In this document: piece after piece, positions 23,744-36,064 of the stretch | Position numbering within the stretch: the first letter of the stretch is position 1 | How the letters are laid out: every line of letters starts with the position of its first letter | Source: Marsupella aquatica | Lineage: Eukaryota > Plantae > Marchantiophyta | Reading direction: 5' to 3' | Assembly: GCA_973895155.1 (NCBI GenBank) | Contig: OZ316895.1 | Span: forward strand, 20,164,803 to 20,228,802 | DNA: 64,000 bases | Program-made: the position numbers and the translations under genes | Notes under the pieces: generated by a model | Told to the model about the DNA's origin: nothing | What the model saw: only the letters and a program-made list of their open reading frames with translations | The model's database searches: none

Positions 23744-25351
23744 CTAAGTAGATGAGGTGACAACTGCTACTAAGTTTGGATTGGATCTTAAGGCAGTATC
23801 AACATCTTCAAATCCCTGCCTTGGGGATGACTCAAGAGAATTATCATAAGATCTATAAGTTTCACCATCTGAGGGTGGATCAGAGTCTTCAGGTAGATCC
23901 TCTCTGTCGTAAGGGTGCTCATATTGTGACCGATTGTAGGTGGGTCCTTCTATGGGTTCATAGTTGGAATTAGGGTTGTAAGGTTGCGAACCTGGGCTAG
24001 GAGTGGGACTAGCAGTTGGACATTGTTGGATCAAGTTGCAGACCACGGATGCTATCTGTCGAGGTTCACACTGAAGTATTTCTAGCAAGCCATCCACAAT
24101 GGCCACACAGCTGGTACTATCTGCTACTGGAACAGATTCGCTTGTTTCTAGGGGAGGGGGCTGTACAGTGACAGGAGTACAGATCATAAACTCCATTGGT
24201 GCTGGTTCTCTTGGGGAAGAGGTCATTCTGACAGGACTTAGCTGATCATGAAATGGTGATCTCAAACTAACAGCCTCCATTCTCAAATGATTAACAACAT
24301 CATATAGTCCATCATCACTGCAACTGAGGAGAGATGTCAACTTATCAATAAGCTGCTTATTCAACTCTGCCTTTGAAGGAGTGGACCTGGTGGTCACATG
24401 AGGAGTAGCATCAGTTGGTGTAGCAACATCGTCTTGTTGATGAATGTTCCTTACTCCTTCAACTTCTAGTGGATCTGCACCTATGGTTCGACTGGGAGAA
24501 GGCTCATCACTCATTGGATGGTAATCGACTTCCTTGCTATGCATAGGAGAATGTGTAGGGACTTCTAATGAAGTATCCTCCATAGGAACATCAGCATTGT
24601 CCTCAACATTCTGATCATTCAAATTCAATGGGGTGACATGTACAATGTCCTCCATGGGAATTTCTTCTTCAATACCCAGGTCAATCAGGAGTAACCCCCT
24701 CTCTGTCTCTTCCTCTAGATATAAATAGTCATGGGTATAATAGAGCTGAGAGAGATAATTCTGTAAGCAAGTGGTCCTCCCTGCTTCCAAGCTCCTTACT
24801 TGATCCTTCATTACATTAAACAGAAGTAGGGCCCAATTTACTTTTATAGCTCCACTATGAGCAGCTACAATGGTGTTAGCCAAGGCCACAGGACAAAGAG
24901 TTGGCTTTTTTGGATGAAGAATGGGTACCAAAAATTCCATGAGTACCCTCAATTCAGGATAAGTACATTGGGACAAGTTCCAACCATTCTTGGCATTTCG
25001 AGTTCCTGATAAGTATGGAGTAGATAAGTCCTGCTTCTTGGAATATAACGCCTCTCCTTCTGACGGGCATCCAAAGGCGTAAGCAATTTGCTCAACAGTC
25101 CACAGGCTGGGGTGAGCTCGAATTGTTCGCCTGAATTCAATCGGGATGATAGTCCCCTTCACAAAATCCTGCAAGTAGGAGTCGCGCTCGATATTCCAGG
25201 GGATCCTGAGCAAGCGCTCCAATCCTAACTGCTGTAAAGAGTCTTGTAAATTAGAAAGACTATCAGGCGCTCGTGGTATACGAGCTGCCACTACTTTTGA
25301 GACTGCTAGAGCTTCAATTTGATACTGTTCCTCAGCACCCAGGTTCGCCAT
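23744..25351 (-). CDS. Retroelement accessory protein homologous to the LTR-borne ORF
   Basis: LGLERLLRIPW..LQDFV..IAYAFGCP..KNGWNLSQCTYPELRVLMEFL aligns with SGLEAFVRLPW..LLEFV..IAEVFGLP..KNGFFRNTCTNPHIGEMIDFL of the 42687 ORF. Confidence 0.65.
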   Translation of the reverse strand: MANLGAEEQYQIEALAVSKVVAARIPRAPDSLSNLQDSLQQLGLERLLRIPWNIERDSYLQDFVKGTIIPIEFRRTIRAHPSLWTVEQIAYAFGCPSEGEALYSKKQDLSTPYLSGTRNAKNGWNLSQCTYPELRVLMEFLVPILHPKKPTLCPVALANTIVAAHSGAIKVNWALLLFNVMKDQVRSLEAGRTTCLQNYLSQLYYTHDYLYLEEETERGLLLIDLGIEEEIPMEDIVHVTPLNLNDQNVEDNADVPMEDTSLEVPTHSPMHSKEVDYHPMSDEPSPSRTIGADPLEVEGVRNIHQQDDVATPTDATPHVTTRSTPSKAELNKQLIDKLTSLLSCSDDGLYDVVNHLRMEAVSLRSPFHDQLSPVRMTSSPREPAPMEFMICTPVTVQPPPLETSESVPVADSTSCVAIVDGLLEILQCEPRQIASVVCNLIQQCPTASPTPSPGSQPYNPNSNYEPIEGPTYNRSQYEHPYDREDLPEDSDPPSDGETYRSYDNSLESSPRQGFEDVDTALRSNPNLVAVVTSST

Positions 25352-28300
25352 AGCTGCAACGGTGATTTGCGTGCTGCAAAGGTTGCTTTCAAAGAGAAAG
25401 AGCAAGTGAATAGGGGTGGTGAAAAGACAGGAGTGAGCGCCTGGACTCTGTGCTTGATTCCTATCAAGGTATAAAGTCCCCAATCCGTTTCTAAGTCCCG
25501 TTGCGAAGTTAGCCGTAGCGCCGTAACGTACACTTTCCTTTAACGCATAAGACATAGGCCGTAACTCGTATTGGCGTAACTTAAATACCGCGTAAACCCG
25601 TAAACCCGTAAACCCATAACTCGTATATGCGTAAACACGTAATAGAGGACTCATAACTAAGTTGGAATAAGGTTTACACTTGGCACTTTAACAGCAACAG
25701 CAGGTTTAAACACTGTAAAAAGTTTAAAATTTTCAGTAATTTCAGGTTTTCGGTATTACCCAATACTCACAAACCAAATCAAGGAGATCGGTAATCCCCT
25801 CAGAGGGATCCAGTGGATGTAGTTGCTCTTTCCGATAGTGACGATGAGGAGCCACCAAGGATCCCCTTCGTGGAGCCTTCGGCGCCTGAAGTGGTCTTGG
25901 TCAAAGAGGAGATGCCATCGTCGCAATCCCATATTGTATACCGAAGAAGTACAATGGACGCGCTGCTCAAGTCAACTGGGTCCAGCAAACTTTTGAGGTT
26001 CATTTTGGCTGGAAACTTCCGACATGAACAAGTACCTTGTTTGCCGCCGAAGTACAATGGAAATGTAGTGTTTGAGTTGCCTCCATCATCGGGAATTCTT
26101 TCAAAAGGATCCCGTCTACGGGACATGGACCGAACCAAGGATTGCTACATCTGGACTAGAATATTTCCTACCACTACAAACGTGCAGCCCAAGAAATACT
26201 GGGAATTTGGTAAAGTCACTCGTACTGGATTTATTGAGTGCAGGAATAAAACTTGTGACTACTTCCGTCGAAAGAAGAGGAGGAATGCAAAGGCATGGGC
26301 TGGTACCCCAAAACTTGGAGGCTCTCACCGTGTTGGATCGTTCATTGAGCAGGGTGGAGTGGTTTGTCATTATTGCTAGCAACTCCCTTTTTGTGTAGAG
26401 GCATGCTCTGCAAGACTGTTTTATATGTATCCTCAAGTTCTGCTTGACTCAGATACCTGTAGTCACATGTCTTGCCTTGCTATTCATATGGGCACCCACA
26501 ACCATCCTTGTCGTAAGGTATTTTCCCAGACTGCGGAAAAGGTAGTTGAAGATGTCATAAAAAAGAAATTGGAAGGCAATCAGACTTGGACGCCTGCCGG
26601 GATTAAAAATGTAGCGACAAGATCTTTTGTACAATCTTTGTGTGAGAGCCTGGGTGAGATTGAAGATATCGAAGAGACAGAGATTTTCCAGTCTCTAATG
26701 GTAGTTTCTACTCCACAGAAGTTTGCATCTCTTTTCAGGAGTGTTAGGCAGGACCAGAAAGGCCGTGGAGAGTTGGATTTTCTTGTTCGGTATCAAAAGA
26801 ATATCAACATGCCTTTTCTACATAGGTACATCCTTCCAAGTCAAGGATCTCAAGAAGACAGACCTCACATATTTAAGATGACCTCCAAAGGCCATGGGTC
26901 TGGGGTGGATCTTTTGCGGCAATTGCAACCTGGAGGGATGCTTGAAGGTGCCTGGGTAAGCTTCGATGTCATGAAACGAATGACCAAGGATTGGGTGACT
27001 TTCAGCGCACACGTTTACGATCACAATTACCGCGCATTGTGTACAATATTTACTTGCAAGCTAAAAGCTGAGGACACGGCGTTGTTCGAGAAGGCTTGGA
27101 GATTAATGATTGAGGTTTCCAAAGAGAATGGGTTAGATAATCCAACCATTCATGGCTTCATGGCAGACAATGCCCAAGCCGAATGGTTAGCAGTCCGAAA
27201 TGTTTTTTTTGGAGGGCACCCAAACCCTGAACGGGAGAGGACGGACACTTTTCATTTTTACCAAGCTTTTCATCACCATTTGGTTGAAGGAGTGTTGGAA
27301 GAGAAGCAGGCGGAACATCGAATGCTATGGGATAAATTACGAAACGCACCAACATTTGTAGAGGCTTACCGACTTTCAAGAGAGATTGACCTATGGTGGC
27401 AGTCGGGTAACTGCTTACCTGGAAAGCTCCGAATGCTTCAGAGTTGGATATCATGGTGGGTCGTGCGTTGGAGGCAGTGGGGAAATTTTATTCTCTTGGT
27501 GAGTAATAGCGCCTGGCGCTTGTAATATGCAAGTCAAATTGCTTTGTAGAAGTACATTTTTCAGATGACATTCCTCAACCTTCCATCCAAAGAATCCAAA
27601 TAATGTAATTGATTCTCAAATATTGACCTGTTTATTTTCATAAACATGTGATTACACAATAATATTGATGGTTTTGTCTAAATGTTCTGCCTAGCGCCTG
27701 GCGCTAGTATGTTTTGCGGATTCTTACTAGTGTTTATGCTTTGTCGTTCCAGGACAAAAGTGCTGAAGAAGGCGCTAGGATTCCTAACTGTACCGGGTCA
27801 GAGTCTGTTCACGCAGGAATGAAAGCATGGGTAATGAAAAAAAAGCTGGGCTCTTTGAGGCATGTGAAATGGATCAGAATTGAGCTATATCGCAGGTTGC
27901 AGCATATACCACATATCGGAAAGGATTGAGTAGAGGAAGAGGTCCTACAATATGGGAACTGGCTTTCCGTTTAGCTGACCAGGCAGGTTCCCCAAAGCTA
28001 TTCGAGGATGCGATGAACATGCTCCTCTCCAATGCAGCTGAGTTTGACTTGGAGAGAAGCGTTCCTCTCAACAGAGATGTTCTAACAAAGTCTGTCAAGA
28101 GGAAAGGACCTGCAACTGGGATTGTCTCGCCACAAGACTCCCACCGGCATGATAAAGTCCTTATCACATCGCCGAATACCAGATCAATCAAGTGTAAAAA
28201 TCTGCACCATACAATGTTTGCTTCTGTATCGGAAGAAAAACCTGATGACATTTCCGTTGTCAATCTCTCAGGAAGTGATGATTTGAGGGATGTAGATCGT

Positions 28301-30365
28301 GATGATTTCAGTACACCGCAGAGTCGACATCAATCACGTTCAACACAATACCCACAAAGCGCCCCCACTGTACTTCAACAGACATCGCTCCAATCTCCAG
28401 TTCGTGAAACAGAAGTCATGCAGGGTTCATGGCATCTGTGTCGGACATCAAGATTTGGGGCCGGTCCATAGTGCAACGCATCATTTGGCGGTAGTTCCGA
28501 GAGAGATGAGTGTCGAAATAGAGTGAAGAAAGTTGGGTTCCCCTCATCAAACGGTGTCATTGGAATTGTTGTCAAAGGACAACGCATGTTCAGGGGGGAA
28601 CCCATAGCCGAAATGATATGGTTCTGCCCAAACAACACATGTTATCGGGGCCATCCCCGCCGTGGTGTAGTGAACCTGCCCTCCGTTCCTGATGTTCTTC
28701 CTGTTATAAAAGGAACAAATGTTTCGGAAGCTGAGATGAAGTATCTTGTTGACCAGGGAATACCTATAGCCCGAGGAAGAGACGGTCCTTTACCTCCACC
28801 ATCACTTTTTGAGCTTCGAATCAACGTTAACTTATTTCTAGAGAGAGTGAATCTTTTGGAACCCATTGTTTGTCTCCGAAGTCGGAATGGAAAGAACACG
28901 GTTCCTTGATCGACCTTGACCCATGGTCACATGAAGAGGATTGAATCTGCAAGAAAAGAGACCATGTCCGTCCAAGGACAGTGGGATGTTTCTATTGGGA
29001 ACTCATGGGGGAAGCAATTCAAAGTACAAACACATGAGAATCTAAGGACGCCGAATAGTTACTTTGTACAGATTTGTATTTTCCCGACTTGTTCTTGTGA
29101 GGATTTCTATCATCGACATTCTCGCAGACATCCATATATGCCTTGCAAACATTTGTACTGGGTTTTCCAGACCATTTTCAAACTAGACGTTGAGGAATCT
29201 ACTTTGACCAGCCAACCAATTCTCACAGTTGGAGAAGTCCGACTGATCTTGGAGAGGGAGAATGCTCATGGTTTATAGAGAAGGATATATTTGTCCTATA
29301 CTTGAAACGGTTATATTAGTTTTTGTCGTATTACAACGGTATAGTTTTATGTTAGCGCCTGGCGCTGGGATGGAAGTCTTCCTTATTATCATTTATTTCA
29401 TTGTAATCCTATCACTACAAATGATATTTTAAATTTTTGTTTCCCACATTATGCATTCATCCAATGTCATTTTCTAAATGGGTTGGTTGTTTCCATTTTA
29501 GCTAGCGCCAGGCGCTAGCCCATCGCCGATGGTCTTTCAAATTGTCCAGAGTTTTCATTTCTGGTTTTCTGCCTTATTGTTGGCCTATAATATTATGTTA
29601 CTTATGGTGGAACCAACCATGTCAATGTTTTTTCCCATGGCATTCACTGGTAAATGTTTGTGTGTATGTGGTTTTTGGGACACTATTTTCCAGAAGTATG
29701 TTGGTGATTCCGGACTCACTTATCATCAGACAACAATTGTTGCCCTGTTAGTTGGTTCTAAGCTCTAGAATGTAAATGAAGCGTAATGCATATTGCTTTT
29801 TTTCAGATGTATCTGGCTTGAAGTAATGAAGTATTATCCTGTTCCAATGACTAACTTTTCCTGGTAACAGCAACCTGTTCCTAATAACAGCAAAAAAAAA
29901 TCTGCTACCAAAATTCTTGTTTTCCTGTTTCCTGTCTTGGTGGCCATACCCATAATAGCGCCAAGCGCTAATATTAGCTCGAAGTAGAATATTGACATAA
30001 ATGGTCTTTTTAAACGGTAACTTTGACCGTTTATCGTTACAATTTATAACAAATTCCTGGATAAATATATTCACGAGTACCTATAAACAAATTAAAATGT
30101 GACAAGTGTCAACCTTTAGTAGGTTTGCTTTTGGATGCTCGTGCTTTTCCATGTGTACTTGTCATACATGTCGGTCTGCCACAAGGTATATCAGATAAGA
30201 TCTTTTTGCGATAGTGTCTTCCTTGATCGTTAGAACGACCTCTACGCACATTTAGGGTCGTTGTCAATCATTCATCCATATTGATACAACACCACAAGAA
30301 ACATTGCATCACGCGAGAAGCACGTTGCGGTGCGGGTTCCACGTGTGTGTGCATCTTAAACAAAC

Positions 30366-33300
30366 ATGGAGAATCATTCTCCTGGCTATTCTGAAACATC
30401 CGAGTCCTCATTCTCCGGATCAGTTTATACTCGGAGAGTCACTCGTTCGTCTACGTCAAACTCTTTGCGAAACATTAGTCAGGCAATTCCAAAGCCAAAA
30501 CGAGGCATCATGGAGTCTTACGGAGATTTTGCGATGGAGGACGGGAGCGAGGGAGTTTTGTCCATGGATGCTGTGATCAAAAAATACGCAATGTCGTTTG
30601 GAGTCAATTTCAGGAGGGAGAAGAAAGAGCCGCCGCGTATCCCTCTTTGTCGGCTTGTTCACATGGAAATCATTCAGACTTTACAAAAAAATAGTGCATC
30701 TATCGATAAGCTCAAGGATTCATTTTGGAGCTCTAGGTACAACTCTTCAATTGGGATGTGGTTTTACGTCCAGCCCGCGGATTCAGAAGGAGTCGTTCAA
30801 TTCTGCACGCCAAAAATTTGGGAGACCTAGGATGTTGTTTGGGTTGCCCAAAATAACTTGTTTGAAGCAGAATGTGCAATTGATCCAGATTTCCACATTT
30901 TGAAGGATAAGATGTTCTGTGTTTTGACGGGAATCATCGACTCTACTCGTGGACCCAAGTAACAAATGAGAATCTAGACAATATCAAGTACCATCCGCGT
31001 GTTCAATGCATTGTTTTTAAGGGAGATCGAGGTTCTCTAGTTGAGCTTGAAGCGGCTATGCACACGGTGAACCAGTAAGTATTCCTCAAGTTGCATAAAC
31101 GCTATTAAATTTGATCGATTGCGCTTGATTTTTGCAAGGTTAGTTAGCGCCAGGCGCTAATATTTGCCATTATATCTTACAGGTTAGGGCAAGATGTGGT
31201 GGAACCATTGTGGATTCTTGATGCCAATAGAATCAATTGGATTTTAACTCATGACTTGGAGGCCTACAAGCCGATCATCGACCCCAACAGCTTCAAGCAA
31301 TTTCAAACTATTTGTGCCAAGACAAGAAAGGGGTCTTGGTATACCAAGCAAATGCCATTGGAAGCATTGGTTTACATCTTGTGTGAAAACAAGATTAAGT
31401 CGTATTCACTTCAATTTAAGCTTGACTTGGCTGTTGCGACAAGTCAAGGTCGCCCGTGGTCATCTGAAGAGACTGGTAAGCGGTATGCTGCCATGATGAA
31501 GGAGGCAACGAAGGAGTGGAGCATAAAGACATCCAAGATTACCCCCTGATAAGCCCAGAGTTTGGTGATTTTTTGTCAACTTGTGCAGAAATGTACATTC
31601 TTACAGAGAGGAACAAACGAGAAAAGAAGCCGGACTCTGTAGTCTGTACAATGGACCGCGCGCGTCTGTTCACTATTGTCTCCTACTTGGATCCACAACT
31701 GCACTATACTCTTCTTGTCGCTCACTGTACACCCGAGCTCAGAAAACAATTTTACCATCCCCCGAGTGTGAATGATGACCCTGTTAAACACTGGTGTCAT
31801 ACATGGCACATGTGGAGTTTGGTGGAAGGAATTGCAATTGCAATGTTATAGACATCTCTTTCGCAAGTCCAGTCAATCCTACCTGCTGATCGTCTGACGC
31901 TAGGAGGAGTGGAGATGTTTGAAGCTTTGGTCTTGAACATCACCAATGATTTCAAGACATATAGTGAAACAATGAAGGCAAAGTTTTTTAGCACAATTTG
32001 GCAGTCCAAGTACGGAGACAAGGAAGACTATACCATTTGCAACCAGAAGCGAGCTAAGAGATATCTCTATCGTTTCTACATGGCGATGGAGACCAGTTCT
32101 CCAGAGTATTTTTGGGCTTACCCTCCTGCATTCCAGAAATGGTCCGTTCTAGAGGGGGATGCTTTTAGCAAAGTTTACTCAATGTACCCTGCCGAAGGGG
32201 ACGTTCCACCACGTGACATTTCATTGTGAGAGATAACCCACTGTCCATGGTATCTTGACACAAATAAGTGGGACACCCCTTTCGATGAAGCTGAAAAGGA
32301 TGCATTTTTGAAATTATCAAAGTCTTTAGTGCCTTGGAAAGTTCTCTCTGAAATGAAACAAGGTTTATCGGAAGATATAGATGCCTCGGCGAGCGAGCTG
32401 CAGAAACATTGCAAAACAGAAGTTTTGCATGTAGACTAAAAACCCCGGGCGAAAGCAAAAGTAGACACTGGAGTAACCAGCTCATCAACATGATCCGGGA
32501 AGAAACGTGAGATTCTTCTATTTTCCATTGGCATTCTGTATTTTCCCTCCCCCAGCTTGATTATGTCAGTGACTTGTGATGAGCGCCACAGATCAAGTTG
32601 TCTATTTATCGGTTGATTTTTTGGGTAGTTTGGTTAGCGCCCGGCGCTGGTGTTATGTGGACCGTAATCTTGGAAACTTTTGTATCTTTTTCTAGGTGGA
32701 CAAAAATTGGATGGAGAAGAAACACAAGATGCAAAGACGACTATCACTCCTGGCGTCTTTGAAGCTGATACGGGGGAACAAGATGTCCCTGGTGAACAGA
32801 CTCCTCCCAACACGGAGAAGATGGTGCGACCAGCAGATGCCACCAGCACAAAGAAAAAGAAAAAGAAATCTTTGGATCATGGATTTTCCTCTCGGGATTT
32901 GGTCGCTTCTACTGGTGTTCAACGAGATGTTGGACAGTTCAAGTCTAAGACTTCTAGGCATGTTTTTGTTGAGTCCAGCGTAATGGACTTCTTTGAGAGT
33001 GTGTTCACGAAAGAGCAGAAACCGGCTTTGGTGTCAAATGTGGAGAATTGGGTGAAAGACCTAATCTTGCTTGGTCTAAGGGAGAAAGGAGTCATAAGAG
33101 GAGGAAAGATAAGATCATTTGGAGTTGATGCTGGATTTGTTTACCTCCCAACTGGACTGCGCCCATCCCTTTTAGAGAAGAAGTCTCCAAAATGGAATTC
33201 CCCAGATCACAAATTGTTGGTTCATTCTTTTGCGCAATGGACCCCTTTCTAGCAGATGATGGTATATTGGCCATTTTGCATACTGGCAAGTATGATCAGA

Positions 33301-34573
33301 TCTTGCAGGTCATCATCGCAAGCTAGGAGTCTCAAAAGTTTCAGTGTGTGAAAACCCTGAACGTGGTTATGGGAGTTCCAATTGACATGGCCCAAAGTGA
33401 TTGTCAGGTAAATTCTCTCACTCTTCGTGCTGTCCTTTGTTAGCGCCGAGCGCTAGCTAAAAATGTTTTCATATACCCTTTGATTAAGGGGATATTCTTT
33501 GTTAGCGCCTGGGGCTATCCAAAATTCATTGTTATGCCGTGATTGTAATGATTTTCTGGTTGGATCGTCGGCATCTTAACAAAGGACTTGGTTGGGATTT
33601 CACAGGTTTTCACATTGAGATTGGATCTGTTCAGTCGTGTTTTGTTAAAGGTTAAGTTTCCAAAGGACCCCAAGTTTCAACCCCTCTCTGCAACTGAAGA
33701 TCCTTCTATCACTAACCTTATTGGTCTCCCAAGTGTGAGGAAGGATCCAACTCCTTCAGCAACGTTTGCTGGCAATGGACGCTTGTCCGTTGGGTTCATG
33801 CAATCTGTGTTAGAGTTAATCACTCGGCCGGGTGACATTGGCATGGACTGGACTGTGGGTTTGGGAAGTATATTTGTTGTTGGTGACTATTGTGGTTGTT
33901 TTATTCTTGGTATAGAAAACCGAAAAGAGTTTGTTGAGATTGCGGAAAAGACATGGATGGAGTTATTGATTCCAAAAGATGTCAGTTCCTCATCTCCCGC
34001 TAAAGATGTGGGAAGAAAACAAAAAGATAAAGTTTGCTCTATCTTAAATTTTGACTTTGAAGATGAAGAGGAGGGAAATGCGGTTGGAGATGATGCTTCA
34101 GGGGGACAAGGAGAAGATAATGAAGGAAACGAGAAGGAGAGGCATACAATGGAAGAAACATAAGATTTGGATTCTTCTGAGTAATGCCCGTAAGCTACTT
34201 CACTTTACATTATCAATTCTGGAACTGTCCCATTTTCATTTTCAATTCTAATGTGGTTTCGTTCCTCTTCCAAATTGGAGTGGAATCTTCAAGAACGTTT
34301 TAATCTTCAGAGGAAATACTCGAGAAAAGTTCTCGTTTCTCCTCACGAGCCTTTCGTGTTCCCTCGTATGCAGAATATGTTGTACGCAAAGAAGAACAGA
34401 TGAGAACACTTACTTGGGAGAGTAAGGGCTTAAGGTTAAGGAGAGGTTCAGATAGGAAATTCATCCATCAGCCTTTACTCAACGATGGACCTAGAAGCAA
34501 ATTTATAGATGATGAAGCCGAGTCTATCGATAGGTCTGGCAATAGCGAGTCTGAGTCTTCTAACTTGGAGTAG
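30366..34573 (+). pseudogene. ParB/Srx + methyltransferase-like gene of element C (heavily degraded)
   Basis: PPRIPLCRL, DGNHR (~30926), MDRARLFT, AGFVYLPTG and TRPGDIGMDWTVGLGS..FILGIE. Same introns; multiple stops and frameshifts. Confidence 0.85.
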
Positions 34574-34819
34574 GTTTAGTGTGAATTTCTAAGGTTTTCT
34601 TTGGAACCTTGTACTAGCGCCCGACGCTATTAAATTGGATGTTCGGATCTGAGCCTTTAAAGGAGATAGACGCACCGGAAGTCTCTTTCCTGAGTGCATA
34701 TTTGTGCAGATATCAGAAATGCATGTACTCGTACAGTTGTACGGTGAATAATTATACCTTCAATCTGTACATATTTTTGTTTGTGGATGATATGATCGTT
34801 TGGACTCTCTCAAAGTGTA

Positions 34820-35000
34820 GTGTTTGTTCAACTTCGGGTTTGTTCAACTTCGTGTTTGTTCAACCCTAAACGCATTTCTCCCTTTCGTTTCTGTGAGGCG
34901 CCGACTCACCTCTTCCCTTTGTTTTGTTTGTGCACCGCCCAGACTCACCTCTTCCCTTCATTTCGTTTCTGCTCTGCCCGGACTCACCTCTTCTCTTCTC
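34820..35000 (+). repeat. Two short tandem arrays (GTTTGTTCAAC-containing 16-mer x3; ~40-bp GACTCACCTCTTC unit x3)
   Basis: Directly visible upstream of the ATG at 35035. Confidence 0.8.
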
Positions 35001-35034
35001 CCTGAGTTTTGCATACGTTGTTTCCATCGACTCA

Positions 35035-35505
35035 ATGGATAAGGGGAAGCAAATAGCAAAATCAGAGAGCCGCAATCCGCCAAAGGCGATGGTTTGGAGG
35101 TCGATTAGAGATCCGGGTTTAGATTTGACTCCGTCTTTTACGTAGTGCCCAGAGACGTCGACCGAGAGGAACAGGTTGTGGCTGGCCCTGGATGAGGGTA
35201 TTAGCCACGGAATAGGACACCTTCCATCGCGTGATCCTTCACCTCCACTTCCTTTTTGAGAGAGGTTCTCTGTTCACGACCCGGATCCTTCCAATGTGTA
35301 TCGGGTTGAAAGGACATCTTTTTTCAGAGACATCCAAGCAGACACCGGACGTGTGAACTTTTCAGATTCGAACATCCCGAATGACCGGAGTCAAAGTCGC
35401 TATCCCGGACCTCATTTTTTTCTGGATCGAGAGGATGGGTTTCGATAGGATGAGGATAGGTTCAAAGCTGGATTGGATGACGACTGCATGTCTTCTACGT
35501 CCTAG
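35035..35505 (+). pseudogene. Degraded small third ORF of element C
   Basis: MDKGKQIAKSESRNPPKAMVWRSIRD... followed by in-frame stops; weak match to the element A ORF3 N-terminus. Confidence 0.3.
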
Positions 35506-35959
35506 AGAGTGTGGATTTCTTCTCCGACACTAGCACCTGGCGCTAGCTTTCATCTCATCGTTGGAGTCGTTCATGAGTTTGATTCATGTCATCTTTTTGA
35601 ACGGGGGCTCTGGTTCGGCCGAGTTAGCTTTATTGCTCTTTCCATTTTACTATCGCATTAGGTTTTTTGAGTATGTTATTAGGGTTATTTCTTTTTCTCA
35701 AAGGTTATGGACTTTTATTACCTTTTGGATATCAATGTAATTTCTTTTTCAAGTAGCGCGTGTCGCTAGCGCCTGGCGCTACTAATATATGTTCTATTTT
35801 CCTCCACAATTATGTAAACCCGCCTCTGTAAAATTGTGTCTTTCAACTCTCTTTTTTCTAGTGTCCTCCAAATATGCTGCAAATATTATTAGTGGCTCTT
35901 TTATTGTTGAAATTGGTTGTTTCCTGTTATTGGAATCTGGTTCTTGTCATATGGAAAAC

Positions 35960-36064
35960 CCCCTTAAGCTTGATCCGATGGATTTGGTCTTACCGAGCCA
36001 ACCAATTTTGAATGTCGGAGAACTCCAGTTCATCGTAGGAAGGGAGAATCTGCATGGTTTATAG
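35960..36064 (+). pseudogene. Orphan copy of the transposase C-terminal tail
   Basis: SQPILNVGELQFIVGRENLHGL* versus element B SQPILTVGEVRLILERENAHGL*. Confidence 0.7.

Larger units (their letters stand above)
21580..25771 (-). mobile_element. Gypsy-derived composite insert (accessory ORF, PBS, downstream ORF); boundaries approximate
   Basis: TG...CA ends, a PBS at 23231-23248 and CGTAAA-rich repeats at both ends. No TSD; about 25 transposase codons appear deleted at the junction. Confidence 0.6.
21401..29278 (+). pseudogene. MULE transposase of element B, interrupted by a ~4.2-kb retroelement-derived insert, with stops and frameshifts
   Basis: N-terminus at 21401-21579, resuming ~25772. 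Motifs YNGNVVFELPP, HMGTHNH, WVSFDVM, FMADNA, DTFH, CTGSESVH and SWIM CSCEDF..CKHL. Intron from 27499 at the same position as in copy A. Confidence 0.87.
4995..29951 (+). mobile_element. MULE element B (~10.3 kb after removing nested inserts)
   Basis: Flanked by the direct repeat ATAATAGC(G) (4987-4994/4995 and 29952-29959/29960). Termini are GAGGTG... and ...ATACCC, with inverted CAGGAAA(A)CAGGAAA(A)CA subterminal motifs. Contains a divergent ParB-MTase(-)/transposase(+) pair. Confidence 0.82.
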
